DNA of 64,000 nt from a virus. The stretch spans positions 64,001-128,000 of IMG/VR virus record IMGVR_UViG_3300045971_000354; one strand, written 5' to 3'. Below, one piece after another: positions 10,563 to 21,017 of this stretch. Under the pieces are notes generated by a model, which saw only the letters and a list, made by a program, of their open reading frames with translations, had not been told where the DNA came from and did no database searches. The translations under genes were made by a program, and so were the position numbers. Each line of letters begins with the position of its first letter. The stretch's first letter is position 1.

Positions 10563-12115
10563 TGTTACGTTCATATTATGTTGTAGTGAGCGAACCTCGC
10601 TTTAAAGAAGAAATTCATAAAGAACTTCTGGCTGAAAACGGCAGCGATACTGTGCCTGATCGTTCAGTTGAGCATGAAGATTTAATGCCATTTAGTGAAT
10701 ACAATGGCATATTTTTAATGACAGATGCAGAAGCCGAGCGTCTTTCTACTGATTTTAGGGTTACAGATGTTCATTTGAGTGCAGAAGATCAAGGATTTAG
10801 TATTGTTCCCTGTGGTACTAAGCATTATCAATACGATAAAAATACCGCTACACAGACAGCAGCAATGAAAAACTGGGCGTTAGGCAGGTGCATTAGTCCT
10901 ACTGAAAACTTCGGCACCGCGGTTTCTACCTCAACATATACTTATACATTAACCGGTAAAGGGGTTGATGTTGTTATAATGGATACCGGTATTGAACCTA
11001 GTCATCCTGAGTTTGCAGTAAACCCAGATGGTACTGGCGGAACACGAGTAGTATCTATTGACTGGACTGCTTATGGAGTCATAACAAGTACTCCTACTGG
11101 CGGGTTCTTAGGTGATTGTGACGGGCACGGATCTAATTGTGCTAGTATTGCAGCAGGTAATACTTGCGGGTGGGCCAGTGATTCAGCAATTTATAGCATG
11201 CGAATAGTTGGAACAGGGTTGCCGACTGAACACGATATTTTAGATGGTAGAGTATTAGGGCTTGTAAACGAAATAAAAGCATGGCAGACTTTAAGACTAT
11301 TTCACCTTGGGAAAGCAGTTGATCCTTCTACTGGTTATCGTAGGCCTACTATTGTATCTTGTAGTTACGCTTATTTAAACACATATACTAACCTTAAGTC
11401 GATTACTTATAGAGGAGTAGCCTCTTTAACAACAACAACTAACGGCATTTTAGGAGCCCTTGGTCCTGCACAAGGAAATTCTGGGAACAGTCATGGTGTT
11501 CGGTATGCAGCAGTCGAAGCTGAGATTGCATCTGTAATTGCTGCTGGAATTATTGTTGTCGGTGCCGCAGGAAACGATAGTCATAAAATTGAAGTTCCGG
11601 CCGGAGTTGATTATAATAATTATTGGACAAATACTAGTAATCTTAGTTCTTATTACCACCGCGGCGCGACCCCTGGTTCTACACCGGGTGTAATATGTGT
11701 AGGTGCAGTTGCAGCCGCTCTACCTGAACATAAGGTATATTTTAGCTGTGCAGGCCCTCGAGTAAATATTTTTGCTCCAGGATATTACGTCATGGGAGCA
11801 TGGAGCAGTTCGACTTACGCTATTCCTTCAGTGCAAGATCCTCGAAACTCGTTATATTATTTTAGCAAGATTAGCGGCACTAGTCAGGCATGCCCGCAGG
11901 TTACGGGAGTAGGTGCATTATTATTAGAATTACGTCCTTGGATGAATTCAACTGATGTAACTAATGTTTTATCTAGTATTTCTAACAAAAATCAACTTAA
12001 CGAATCGTACTACGGGCAAACTGGAACGTATACAAATTCCGCTAGCTTACAAAGTGGACCAAGTAACTACTTGTATATGGCGTATAACCAGCCTATTCCG
12101 TTAACTATTACCTAG
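10562..12115 (+). CDS. Subtilisin-like S8 serine protease with N-terminal prodomain
   Basis: Catalytic motifs VVIMDTG (Asp), GHGSNCAS (His), AAGND (oxyanion Asn), SGTSQACP (Ser). Confidence 0.9.
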   Translation: MLRSYYVVVSEPRFKEEIHKELLAENGSDTVPDRSVEHEDLMPFSEYNGIFLMTDAEAERLSTDFRVTDVHLSAEDQGFSIVPCGTKHYQYDKNTATQTAAMKNWALGRCISPTENFGTAVSTSTYTYTLTGKGVDVVIMDTGIEPSHPEFAVNPDGTGGTRVVSIDWTAYGVITSTPTGGFLGDCDGHGSNCASIAAGNTCGWASDSAIYSMRIVGTGLPTEHDILDGRVLGLVNEIKAWQTLRLFHLGKAVDPSTGYRRPTIVSCSYAYLNTYTNLKSITYRGVASLTTTTNGILGALGPAQGNSGNSHGVRYAAVEAEIASVIAAGIIVVGAAGNDSHKIEVPAGVDYNNYWTNTSNLSSYYHRGATPGSTPGVICVGAVAAALPEHKVYFSCAGPRVNIFAPGYYVMGAWSSSTYAIPSVQDPRNSLYYFSKISGTSQACPQVTGVGALLLELRPWMNSTDVTNVLSSISNKNQLNESYYGQTGTYTNSASLQSGPSNYLYMAYNQPIPLTIT

Positions 12116-12117
12116 GA

Positions 12118-12123
12118 TAAATA
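12118..12123 (+). promoter_or_regulatory. Late promoter motif TAAATA, 5 nt before ATG
   Basis: GGATAAATA-TCACT-ATG; no SD. Confidence 0.6.
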
Positions 12124-12128
12124 TCACT

Positions 12129-12782
12129 ATGGATACTAACAAAACATCAATTTTAACTACTGCAACAGTGGAATCACACCCAAACGAACACAGCGGTTTA
12201 CACATTCAAGGGCATATTAAAATTTTTGACCCTCAAACTGAAGAAGTTTTCATCAATAAACGCAATGCAATTCATTATGAAAATTTTAGTATCGGGTTAG
12301 CGCAAGCAATGAGTAATCAAGGACAAGGATTTATTTCCGAAATGTGTTTCGGAAACGGCGGAAGCCGCATTGATCCTACAGGAATTATTACTTACCTTAC
12401 TCCAAATGCAGTTGGGTCAAATGCTAGTTTGTATAATCAGACTTATTTTAAGAATATTGATGCTACTAGTTCAAGAGATACAGACCCCTCTAGAAATTTT
12501 ATGGAAGTTCGACATATTACAGGAACTGCGTATAGCGATATTCTAGTAAGTTGCCTACTTGACTTTGGCGAACCATCGGGTCAGCAAGCATTTGATAATG
12601 CAACTTCTTCAGGTACTGCTTATGTATTTGACGAAATTGGATTACGCGGATATAATTTCAACGGAGAAGGTACTGGTATGTTGCTTACTCATGTTATTTT
12701 CCACCCTGTACAAAAGAGTTTAAACAGACTACTTCAAATAGATTACACAGTTCGTATTCAGAGTTTAACTAACGGGGCTTAA
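12129..12782 (+). CDS. Virion structural (baseplate/tail-associated) protein
   Basis: GHIKIFDP..NKRNAIHYEN and FDEIGL...LLTHVIFHPVQKSLNR..IDYTVRI pattern; located in the tail block. Confidence 0.6.
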   Translation: MDTNKTSILTTATVESHPNEHSGLHIQGHIKIFDPQTEEVFINKRNAIHYENFSIGLAQAMSNQGQGFISEMCFGNGGSRIDPTGIITYLTPNAVGSNASLYNQTYFKNIDATSSRDTDPSRNFMEVRHITGTAYSDILVSCLLDFGEPSGQQAFDNATSSGTAYVFDEIGLRGYNFNGEGTGMLLTHVIFHPVQKSLNRLLQIDYTVRIQSLTNGA

Positions 12783-12783
12783 A

Positions 12784-14022
12784 ATGAGTTATACAATAAA
12801 ATTTTCTGATCCTAATACTTCGGCAAAGCCTCCGATTGTTATACTTGATAATTCAAAAGATCAGAGCTCTACCAGCCTAACATTTCTTGGAAAAAATTAT
12901 CCAGGGTATGGGCAAATTGTTGCGGAAAATTTTCTGTGGTTATTAGAACACTTTGCCGGCCCCATTCCGGGACCAGTTAATCCTGTTCAAGGACAACTTT
13001 GGTATAACAACACCGACGGCAAATTATTAGTTAACGACGGTTCTTCGTGGTCGCCGGTAAACAGATTATTTCAACAATCAGTTGACCCGACAACTATTAG
13101 CTCAAATGTTAAACTCGGTGATGTTTGGGTTGACACTTCTAATCCAAACGGAATTCAATTAAAAATTTACAACGGGACTATTGGAAAACCTTGGTCTCAA
13201 ATAGGAAACAACGATCCTAATACCGGCAGCTTCCCGTATTTAGGAATATTAGATACTGACAATGCTATTCACACTGTTATTAAAGATACAATAGAAAATA
13301 GCGGCACTGTAATTGCAATTTACGCCAAGGAGGATTTTGTCCCTCAATCTCCTGATTTCGGGTTTAGCCAAATTAGAAAAGGAATTAACATTCCTGCTGA
13401 TGCTAGATTAAACGGAGCCTCGCAATTTGCATATTCATTAAAATCAACTCCTACTTCAGAACCTATCCTTACTAATTGTATTCTTAGAAACGATATTAAC
13501 CAGAGAATAAGTGGAACACTAAGTATCGGAGTTGATACTAACTCGTTACAGATTGGTTATAACAATTCGTTTATTTTACAAACAGTAAATCAGTACAATT
13601 CAAATTTTGTTAATACCTACCAATCTACTGCTACTTCACAGATTAGCGGAAAATTTACATTTAATTTACAAGTAGCTGGGAAATCTGCAGAACTACTTAC
13701 TGTCGATGGGGCAACTCAAACTGTCACAATAGGTGATGTTGGTAAAAAAATTAATGGCAATTTAAATGTTACTGGAGACGTTAGTTTTATTCCGGCAGGT
13801 TCGATTATGCCGTTCGCAGGGTTAGTTCCTCCAACAGGCTGGTTAATTTGTGACGGGTCGACTACAAGTACAATTGTTCGCCCAGCATTGTTCGGAGCAA
13901 TTCAATATAATTATGGTGGAACAGGATCAATTTTTAATCTTCCTAATCTTACAAACAAATTGTTTGCTACTAACGCAGTTAACACATCAACTTCGGCAAT
14001 AAAATATATTATAAGATACTAA
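12784..14022 (+). CDS. Tail fibre/baseplate protein with C-terminal tail-collar domain
   Basis: Shared N-terminal LTxxGKNYxGYG..ENFxxLLE.F..P.GQLW module; collar motif PAGSIMPFAG..PTGWLICDG..FNLPNL. Confidence 0.75.
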   Translation: MSYTIKFSDPNTSAKPPIVILDNSKDQSSTSLTFLGKNYPGYGQIVAENFLWLLEHFAGPIPGPVNPVQGQLWYNNTDGKLLVNDGSSWSPVNRLFQQSVDPTTISSNVKLGDVWVDTSNPNGIQLKIYNGTIGKPWSQIGNNDPNTGSFPYLGILDTDNAIHTVIKDTIENSGTVIAIYAKEDFVPQSPDFGFSQIRKGINIPADARLNGASQFAYSLKSTPTSEPILTNCILRNDINQRISGTLSIGVDTNSLQIGYNNSFILQTVNQYNSNFVNTYQSTATSQISGKFTFNLQVAGKSAELLTVDGATQTVTIGDVGKKINGNLNVTGDVSFIPAGSIMPFAGLVPPTGWLICDGSTTSTIVRPALFGAIQYNYGGTGSIFNLPNLTNKLFATNAVNTSTSAIKYIIRY

Positions 14023-14025
14023 ATC

Positions 14026-15975
14026 ATGAGTTATACATTAAAACTAACTAACGGTACGATTCTGCTTACACTTGCAGATCAACATTCTGACCGCATAACT
14101 ACCAGCCTAACAATGATAGGTAAGAATGTAAATGCCTATGGTACAGATCTTAATGATAACTTTATACATTTGTTAGAGAATTTTTCTAGTGTTAATCGTC
14201 CTATTAATCCATTAGAAGGTCAATTGTGGTTTAATGCTACTGATCAAAGAATTTATGTATATGCAAAGTCTCCATCTTCTTCAAATGATTTTAAACCAGT
14301 CGGCGGCCCAATTATAGGAAGCACATTGCCTTATAATGTTTCTACTGGAGACTTCTGGTTTGATACTTCTGCTAAACAACTTAAATTTTTAGCAAGTCCT
14401 GGTAATTTGTTTACCATAGGGCCAGCGTTCGATGCAGCAGCTGGAAAATCTGGATTGATTGTTGAAACTACTGCTACTACCGTTGGCCCAGCCTCGATAT
14501 TAGAGTTATATATTGATGGTCAAGTTCTTGGAGTAGTTAGTACTGATCAATATACTTTTTCCGTTCCGTACAACGGTATTACTACAGCAACCGCTGGCAT
14601 TAATCTTATTCCTGGGTATAAATTTGTTGGAACTGCAACATTTGCCGAAACGCTAATTTCACCTACTACCGGAGCATTGCTAACTGCTGATTCGTTTTTC
14701 CGTAAAGATACATACCCGATCTATACACAAGGGTTTACCGTTGCAAATGATTTTCCTGGGGTTATAATTGGATCTGGAACTGATATTCAATTATGCAATA
14801 CCGGTTCGAGTATTTTAGCAACATCGCCAGTTGCAACATTAAAAATTAACGGGTTGGGCCAAGATTTTAATTTAGACATTAATCCATTAACAACTAGCAC
14901 TAGACAATCCGCAGTGTATATTGATTCGTCGAATTCTAGAATTGGAGTTTTTAATACTAAGCCTTTGTACCCTGTTGACATTACTGGCAATGTTAATATT
15001 AACGGAAATCTTATTGTTACCGGGTCGTCGACTTATATTACTAGTGCTGATTTAAGAATAGAATCGAAAGTAGTAGAATTATCATCGGGCACTATTACTA
15101 ATGACGGTATTGCAAATGGCGGCGGCGTTAAGTTATTCGGAGATAGTGTTAAATCTGTGTTGTGGAGTCTTAGCAATAATGCATGGACTTCTAACGTTAA
15201 TTTTGATATTGACTCTACTAGCACTTATAAAATCGGCGGAGTTAGTGTAGTCCAAGCTGGCGGGCTAAGTTCGTCTGTTACTGCATCTAGTTTAACATCA
15301 GTTGGAAATTTAGTCAACGGTACTACTATTGGTCAAATAACATTTTCGACCTCTACGATTGGAACAACAAATTTTGTTCCATTATATCTCGGTAATCAAA
15401 ACACTGCAAATATTGATTTCGGCGGAAATACTCTTCAAAATGTCACTGCACCTCCGATGGGTGCTGGCCCATCGTTTGCACAGTATTCTAACTATGCTGC
15501 TACTAAGGGATATGTTGACGGTGCTATTTCGAATGTTCTTGGAACACAAAAAGGTCAATTCTCCACAACAATTGATGTGACAGGTCATGCACAGTCTCTT
15601 GCAGATCCGGAGTTAGATATTTACGTTCAGGCAATGCTTAACATGCTATACCCGTCATCGTCATCTGATCCTAGTGGAAATTATGGTATTTACGATGGCG
15701 CACGGGCACGAGTAATTGTAACTAGATATACATCTTACGGAGTTCCTTCAGTAGCTAGTGATTTTATTAATTTCGGCAATCCTGTGGTCCTAAACAACAC
15801 TAGTACCGAAGTTATTGCGTATTCTCAATTTATTCGAGCAGTAACTACTCTTCCTGTTACTCCGATCGGAATTAACAGAGGTATCAAACAATATATACTA
15901 TCAAGCGGTATTTGGATTGCGTATATTGTAACTGGTACAGGCAGTAATATTATCTACACCGACGGAACCTGGTAA
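14026..15975 (+). CDS. Tail fibre/baseplate paralogue
   Basis: Same N-terminal module (GKNVNAYG..NFIHLLENF..PLEGQLW); AATKGYVD fibre motif. Confidence 0.7.
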   Translation: MSYTLKLTNGTILLTLADQHSDRITTSLTMIGKNVNAYGTDLNDNFIHLLENFSSVNRPINPLEGQLWFNATDQRIYVYAKSPSSSNDFKPVGGPIIGSTLPYNVSTGDFWFDTSAKQLKFLASPGNLFTIGPAFDAAAGKSGLIVETTATTVGPASILELYIDGQVLGVVSTDQYTFSVPYNGITTATAGINLIPGYKFVGTATFAETLISPTTGALLTADSFFRKDTYPIYTQGFTVANDFPGVIIGSGTDIQLCNTGSSILATSPVATLKINGLGQDFNLDINPLTTSTRQSAVYIDSSNSRIGVFNTKPLYPVDITGNVNINGNLIVTGSSTYITSADLRIESKVVELSSGTITNDGIANGGGVKLFGDSVKSVLWSLSNNAWTSNVNFDIDSTSTYKIGGVSVVQAGGLSSSVTASSLTSVGNLVNGTTIGQITFSTSTIGTTNFVPLYLGNQNTANIDFGGNTLQNVTAPPMGAGPSFAQYSNYAATKGYVDGAISNVLGTQKGQFSTTIDVTGHAQSLADPELDIYVQAMLNMLYPSSSSDPSGNYGIYDGARARVIVTRYTSYGVPSVASDFINFGNPVVLNNTSTEVIAYSQFIRAVTTLPVTPIGINRGIKQYILSSGIWIAYIVTGTGSNIIYTDGTW

Positions 15976-15984
15976 GGAAAAATA

Positions 15985-18060
15985 ATGGCATATACTTTAA
16001 ACAAATCTAATGGCGGCACTTTAGTAGTAGTTGATGACGGTACAGTTTCTAGTGGTTTCAGCATTACATTTGTTGGGAAGAATGCTAGTAATTATGGCAG
16101 AATACAAAATGAAAATTTAGTTTATCTGTTAGAAAATTTTGCTAAGCCTGTACAACCATTAAACCCTATCCAGGGGCAAATTTGGTTTAATTCTAATCCA
16201 GTTGTAAATAGACCTGCTATATTTGACGGCACAAACTGGAGACCTCTTGCGGTTCTTCAGTATAGTAACGCTCCTACTGATACGTTAATTAATGCAGGGT
16301 CTAACCCGATAATTGATTTTGCAGCATCGACTCCTGGTGATTTGTGGATTAACAAAACCACAAATCAATTGAGTATTATTACTAATACCGGTCCTTTGTT
16401 AGTTGGCCCGGAGTCGGTTTTTGGGTTTAGCACCACTAAGATGTCATCTACTACAATGGCAGATGTAACAAATAGAAATCTGCCAGTAATTAATTTAACA
16501 ATTGATGGCGAAGTTCTCGGAGTAATTTCAAGCACACCGTTTGCGTCTAATGTTTCCGGATTCCCTAACGTAGTTAGAGGATTAACATTTAAAGATAATA
16601 CACTATCATTAACAGTGCCGTCGATTACTAGTACTTCTATTAACAGTACAATTTTAAATGTCTCAACATTAACCGCTGTTCAAATTACTGCATCAATAAC
16701 TTCAAGTACTAACGTTTTTAGTAATGTTGTCGATGCAAGCACTGTTAATGCAAGCACTGTTAATGCAAGTACCGCAATAATTACTCCCCAACTAACAGCG
16801 GCATCCGCGTTACCTGCATCACTTAACGGAGTTTGGAATCTAACTACAGGATCTACAATTTTACCGAGTATTAATTTAGGTAACAATTTAGGATCTGTTT
16901 CTAATCGATTCGGCACTATATTTTCAGGTGTTGGTGATTTTAACGCAGTATACGATAACGGATTTAGAGTCGTTACTGAAGGCACTATTGCAGGAAAGGG
17001 AGTTACTTCCTTATCCGGAACAGCAAATCAAATTACAGTAAGCACCAGTACTGGGGTTGTTCAACTTAGTTTACCTGGAGCAGTTTCTCTTAACACATTA
17101 AGTGTGTTACAACTATTTGTCAACGGATCACCTGTTGTGACTGAAGGCACTATTGCAGGAAAGGGAGTTACTTCCTTATCCGGTACAGCAAATCAAATCA
17201 CAGTTAGTGCTAGTACTGGAGTTGTTCAACTTAGTTTACCGAATACTATTAACGCCGGAGTGATTTCTGGGTCTCAGCTGTTCGATAACGGTTCAAGAGT
17301 AGTGACTCAAGCAACAATTGGACAACTTGGAGTATCATCGTTAACTGGTACAGCAAATCAAATTACAGTAAGCACTAGTACCGGAGGTGTTCAACTTAGC
17401 TTACCTGGTACTATTAATGCTGGGCTAATTTTTGCTAACGGATTATACGATTCTGGCGCTAGAGTAATTAGTACAGCTAATATTGGTACTTATGGAGCAG
17501 CATCTATTTCCGGCACCGCAGGACGCCTAGCTGTTTCAAATGTTAATGGGGCATATACTCTTACGTTGCCGGACAGCGTTTCGATTCCGACTATTTCTGT
17601 TTCCACATTACTAGCTCAAGGAACACAAAGCACTATATCCGGAAAATGGGTATTAGGTGCAAGTTCTTCACTACAAGCAACATATGCTGACTTAGCAGAA
17701 AACTACGAGTCAGATAAGCATTATATACCGGGTACTGTATTAGTATTTGCAGGTGATAAAGAAGTTACCGCATGTACTATTAAAACTGATAGGCGTGTCG
17801 CAGGGGTTGTTAGCTCTAATCCTGCATATTTAATGAATGTCGATTGTCCCGGTATTGCAGTAGCAGTTGCGTTACAAGGGAGAGTTCCTGTTAATGTTAT
17901 TGGTAAGATTGTTAAGGGCGATTTGCTTGTTACATCTGATCTTAAAGGATTTGCAGAATCAAATAATTCTCCTTGTATGGGAGCAGTTATTGGAAAAGCG
18001 TTATCTGACAAGGATTTTATCGGACCAGGAGTCGTGGAAGTTGCCATTGGAAGATTGTAA
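15985..18060 (+). CDS. Tail fibre paralogue with internal 55-aa repeats and C-terminal chaperone/autoproteolysis-like domain
   Basis: Shared N-terminal module; GVTSLSGTANQITVS..GVVQLSLP repeats; C-terminal YADLAE.Y...GVVS..PAY..N...VAL.GRVPV...KGDLLVTS (peptidase G2-like intramolecular chaperone pattern). Confidence 0.7.
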   Translation: MAYTLNKSNGGTLVVVDDGTVSSGFSITFVGKNASNYGRIQNENLVYLLENFAKPVQPLNPIQGQIWFNSNPVVNRPAIFDGTNWRPLAVLQYSNAPTDTLINAGSNPIIDFAASTPGDLWINKTTNQLSIITNTGPLLVGPESVFGFSTTKMSSTTMADVTNRNLPVINLTIDGEVLGVISSTPFASNVSGFPNVVRGLTFKDNTLSLTVPSITSTSINSTILNVSTLTAVQITASITSSTNVFSNVVDASTVNASTVNASTAIITPQLTAASALPASLNGVWNLTTGSTILPSINLGNNLGSVSNRFGTIFSGVGDFNAVYDNGFRVVTEGTIAGKGVTSLSGTANQITVSTSTGVVQLSLPGAVSLNTLSVLQLFVNGSPVVTEGTIAGKGVTSLSGTANQITVSASTGVVQLSLPNTINAGVISGSQLFDNGSRVVTQATIGQLGVSSLTGTANQITVSTSTGGVQLSLPGTINAGLIFANGLYDSGARVISTANIGTYGAASISGTAGRLAVSNVNGAYTLTLPDSVSIPTISVSTLLAQGTQSTISGKWVLGASSSLQATYADLAENYESDKHYIPGTVLVFAGDKEVTACTIKTDRRVAGVVSSNPAYLMNVDCPGIAVAVALQGRVPVNVIGKIVKGDLLVTSDLKGFAESNNSPCMGAVIGKALSDKDFIGPGVVEVAIGRL
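16729..16773 (+). repeat. 15-bp tandem repeat x3 (V[DN]AST)
   Basis: gtcgatgcaagcact gttaatgcaagcact gttaatgcaagtacc. Confidence 0.85.
16975..17405 (+). repeat. ~165-bp period intragenic repeat (3 clear copies, 4th degenerate to ~17570)
   Basis: 16975-17075 and 17140-17240 are nearly identical at DNA level; third copy at ~17305-17405. Confidence 0.85.
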
Positions 18061-18070
18061 GATCTACCGA

Positions 18071-18076
18071 TAAATA
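18071..18076 (+). promoter_or_regulatory. Late promoter motif TAAATA
   Basis: CCGATAAATACAC in the gap before 18095. Confidence 0.55.
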
Positions 18077-18094
18077 CACAAACTTGAAAATAAT

Positions 18095-20350
18095 ATGCCA
18101 TATACAATAAACAAAACTAACGGATTAAAAATTATAGTTGTTCAGGATGGCACTATTAATACTAGTGCGCTTGATATTACTTTAGTGGGCAAAAACTACA
18201 TAGGGTATGGCGAAGCTTTTAATGAAAATTTTGTAAAATTATTAGAAAATTTTGCAAATTCTACTCGGCCTGCTAAGCCGCTTGCAGGACAACTTTGGTA
18301 TGACACCACAGTTAATAAACTTAACGTGTATACTGGTGTTGGAACAGTTCCTTGGAAACCGATTGGTATTGTCAATAACGGAACTACTCAGCCAGTTTCT
18401 GCAACTTCAAATATTGGTGATTTATGGTGGGATGCAATTAACAAGAAGTTATTTGCATACAACGGGACAGAATGGACTATCATCGGCCCTTCAGTAGTTA
18501 AGGGCAGTAATAGTGGCGCATTTGCAGGTACTATTTTAAGTCAAAATGGCCCACCGGCAAAGTCGGTATTATTTCAATCAATTAATGGCACTCCGACGTT
18601 TGTATCTAGTACTGATCCGTTATACGCTTCTGACCTTTCTGATGCATCGGCTTCGTTATTCCCAAGAGTTTTTACGGGAATTACTTTTCCAAATACGGAT
18701 ATTAAAGGTATAAGTGTAACTGATATTTCAGTTCAAAATCAACCTAAAGGTCATATTCTTTGGGGTACTGCTGCATCATCGTTAGGATTGATAGTTGCAT
18801 CTACGGCAACCAGTGGCTTTTCGTATGTTGATGCCAACAACTTCTTACTTAGAAATGAATTAGCTAGTTTCGGCAATCAGTTAAGTCTTAAAGATAATAA
18901 TGGTGTTGTAATAGGTAATCCTTATGTAATGCAGGTTCATGTTGCTCCTACTAATGTTGGTAACGTGAGTGTGTTTGCAGGGTCTAGATTAAATCTTAAT
19001 GTTAACACTAGCTATGGAACTTATACTACTGTTGTATCAGCAGATGGTGCAAATAACAAGCTTAGTCTATTGCCGAACGCTACTATCCCTACAAATATCG
19101 GTAGTACACTTACCTCGTTTGATACAGGGTACTTCGGTACTGTAATTGCAAATACACTTACTGTTAAAACTTTTCTATACGAACAGCAAGAATTAGATGC
19201 AGTATATATTTCTGCAACAAAAATAAATGTTGCAACTACCGTAACAGCGGCAGTGTTTTCCGGATCTGGAGCAAAGCTAACCAATATACCAAACTCTGCG
19301 TTTATTGCAAGTACCTCAACTATTACTGCTGGGATTGGATTGAGTGGCGGCGGAACAGTAACATTGGGCGGCACTATTACACTTACTAATGCAGGTGTTC
19401 TAAGTATGACAGCGGGAACTGACACATCTGTGTCCGGACTTACTGGCGATATTAAAGTGTGGAATAACAGTACACTTCAATCTGTTACTAACCGAGGTGC
19501 AACTTCTAACAGTGTTATACAATTTACAAACTCTACAAACGCATCTAGCACTGCGACTGGATCATTACAAGTAGCAGGCGGCGCAGGAGTTGGAAAGGAC
19601 TTATATGTAGGCGGCAACATCTACATGGCTGGAAATAAAGTTGTTAATGTATCATCTGTATTAGCGGGAATTGGAATTGGTGTTACTCCTTCTCAAAGTT
19701 CTGGCACTGTTGCAATTTCTAATTCCGGAATTTTAAGCATTAACGGAACACTTGATCAAATTAATGTTTCGGTTGGAACTCAATCTCCAGTCCTTAGTTT
19801 ACCACAAAGTATCTCTCCTTTGTCGTTTGTTACTTTTGCCGGGGTAACTGTTAATGGCCTGTTAGTTACGACAAACAGTGTTACCACTCCTAGCCTAACA
19901 ACCGGAGCAACTGCCACTGCTGGAAATATTATCGGCCAATGGACATTAGGATCCGGCAGCACCCTACAATCAACCTATGCTGACTTAGCAGAAAAGTATG
20001 CTGCTGATCGAGTTTATACAGAAGGTATGGTGTTGGTAATAGGCGGTTCTAACGAGGTTACTACTACTTCAATACGTGCCAATGTAGCAGTCGCGGGCAT
20101 TGTGTCTATAAACCCTGCATTTAAGCTGAATTGTGCGGCAGGATCAGACGATTCTCACCCCTATATTGCACTAAAAGGCCGGGTTCCGTGCAAGGTTATT
20201 GGTCCAGTATACAAAGGCAATCTACTTGTAACTAGCAGTAAACCCGAGTATGCAGAAGCATTTAAGGACGGTGACAGCCCGAATGCAGTGTTAGGGATTG
20301 CACTTGCAGATATGTTAGATAATTTTGGTGTAGTTGACGTAAAAGTTTAA
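18095..20350 (+). CDS. Tail fibre paralogue with C-terminal chaperone/autoproteolysis-like domain
   Basis: Shared N-terminal module; STATGSLQVAGGAGVGKDLYVGG fibre motif; C-terminal YADLAEKY...IALKGRVPCKV. Confidence 0.7.
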   Translation: MPYTINKTNGLKIIVVQDGTINTSALDITLVGKNYIGYGEAFNENFVKLLENFANSTRPAKPLAGQLWYDTTVNKLNVYTGVGTVPWKPIGIVNNGTTQPVSATSNIGDLWWDAINKKLFAYNGTEWTIIGPSVVKGSNSGAFAGTILSQNGPPAKSVLFQSINGTPTFVSSTDPLYASDLSDASASLFPRVFTGITFPNTDIKGISVTDISVQNQPKGHILWGTAASSLGLIVASTATSGFSYVDANNFLLRNELASFGNQLSLKDNNGVVIGNPYVMQVHVAPTNVGNVSVFAGSRLNLNVNTSYGTYTTVVSADGANNKLSLLPNATIPTNIGSTLTSFDTGYFGTVIANTLTVKTFLYEQQELDAVYISATKINVATTVTAAVFSGSGAKLTNIPNSAFIASTSTITAGIGLSGGGTVTLGGTITLTNAGVLSMTAGTDTSVSGLTGDIKVWNNSTLQSVTNRGATSNSVIQFTNSTNASSTATGSLQVAGGAGVGKDLYVGGNIYMAGNKVVNVSSVLAGIGIGVTPSQSSGTVAISNSGILSINGTLDQINVSVGTQSPVLSLPQSISPLSFVTFAGVTVNGLLVTTNSVTTPSLTTGATATAGNIIGQWTLGSGSTLQSTYADLAEKYAADRVYTEGMVLVIGGSNEVTTTSIRANVAVAGIVSINPAFKLNCAAGSDDSHPYIALKGRVPCKVIGPVYKGNLLVTSSKPEYAEAFKDGDSPNAVLGIALADMLDNFGVVDVKV

Positions 20351-20353
20351 CCG

Positions 20354-20381
20354 TGAAAAAGCGCCCAAAGGCGCTTTTTCA
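20354..20381. terminator. Bidirectional intrinsic terminator between convergent blocks
   Basis: TGAAAAAGCGCC-CAAA-GGCGCTTTTTCA perfect inverted repeat with T-runs on both strands. Confidence 0.9.
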
Positions 20382-20397
20382 ATTCTAGCTAAACAAT

Positions 20398-21006
20398 TTA
20401 CGCACTTTCTGTAACAGAAACTTTCTTACCCTTGCTTTTGGGAGGATCAATCTCATCTGCCTCCTTACGCAACTTTGCAGCTTCTTTGTAAAGAGCATCG
20501 GCTTTTGATCGCAGATCGGCTGGACTTTGTACAGGATCTACAACTACCTCGGCTGGGACTTCGTCTACAATAACTTCTGCAGATTTTTTCGCATCGTCGT
20601 TAATAGTGGGAATTGTTGAGTTTGATCCGTCTTTAATCGACAAGTCATCTAACTTTACGCCTTTCTGTTCTGCGATAATGATATTCAACTCGTCTAATGG
20701 AATCGAAGTTTTATTATCTGGAGTAACTAGTACACCAGTAGTAGGAACCTTTTTAAGCAACCCGTTGGTATGAACATATTGCAACATGTTTGAACCGTCT
20801 GGGAATCTACGGACTGATAATACATCCGCAAGTTCATTTGCTTGCTGACCGGATTCAGATTCGACTAAGCTCATAAGAGCATCGTGATAAGAATCCATCA
20901 GTGCTTGGGTACCAATTACTAGTGCAGACTTTGAATCCCCGGGGATAGTGCGGTACGCAATAACGATCTTCGCCCCGTTGTTTTTCATTTTACCAACATG
21001 TTTCAT
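20398..21006 (-). CDS. Hypothetical phage protein
   Basis: 202-aa ORF with SD AGGAGA, operon-like spacing. Confidence 0.7.
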   Translation of the reverse strand: MKHVGKMKNNGAKIVIAYRTIPGDSKSALVIGTQALMDSYHDALMSLVESESGQQANELADVLSVRRFPDGSNMLQYVHTNGLLKKVPTTGVLVTPDNKTSIPLDELNIIIAEQKGVKLDDLSIKDGSNSTIPTINDDAKKSAEVIVDEVPAEVVVDPVQSPADLRSKADALYKEAAKLRKEADEIDPPKSKGKKVSVTESA

Positions 21007-21017
21007 ATGTTATCTCC

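Noticed and set aside
16975-17570. Repeats as CRISPR array or DGR template/variable repeat
   Set aside because: In-frame coding repeats with mostly synonymous differences, no spacers, no adenine-specific pattern, no reverse transcriptase in the window
554-19962. Many 60-190-aa minus-strand ORFs under the structural genes, and plus-strand ORFs under the minus-strand genes elsewhere
   Set aside because: Antisense shadows of long genes with no SD or promoter and no recognisable motifs
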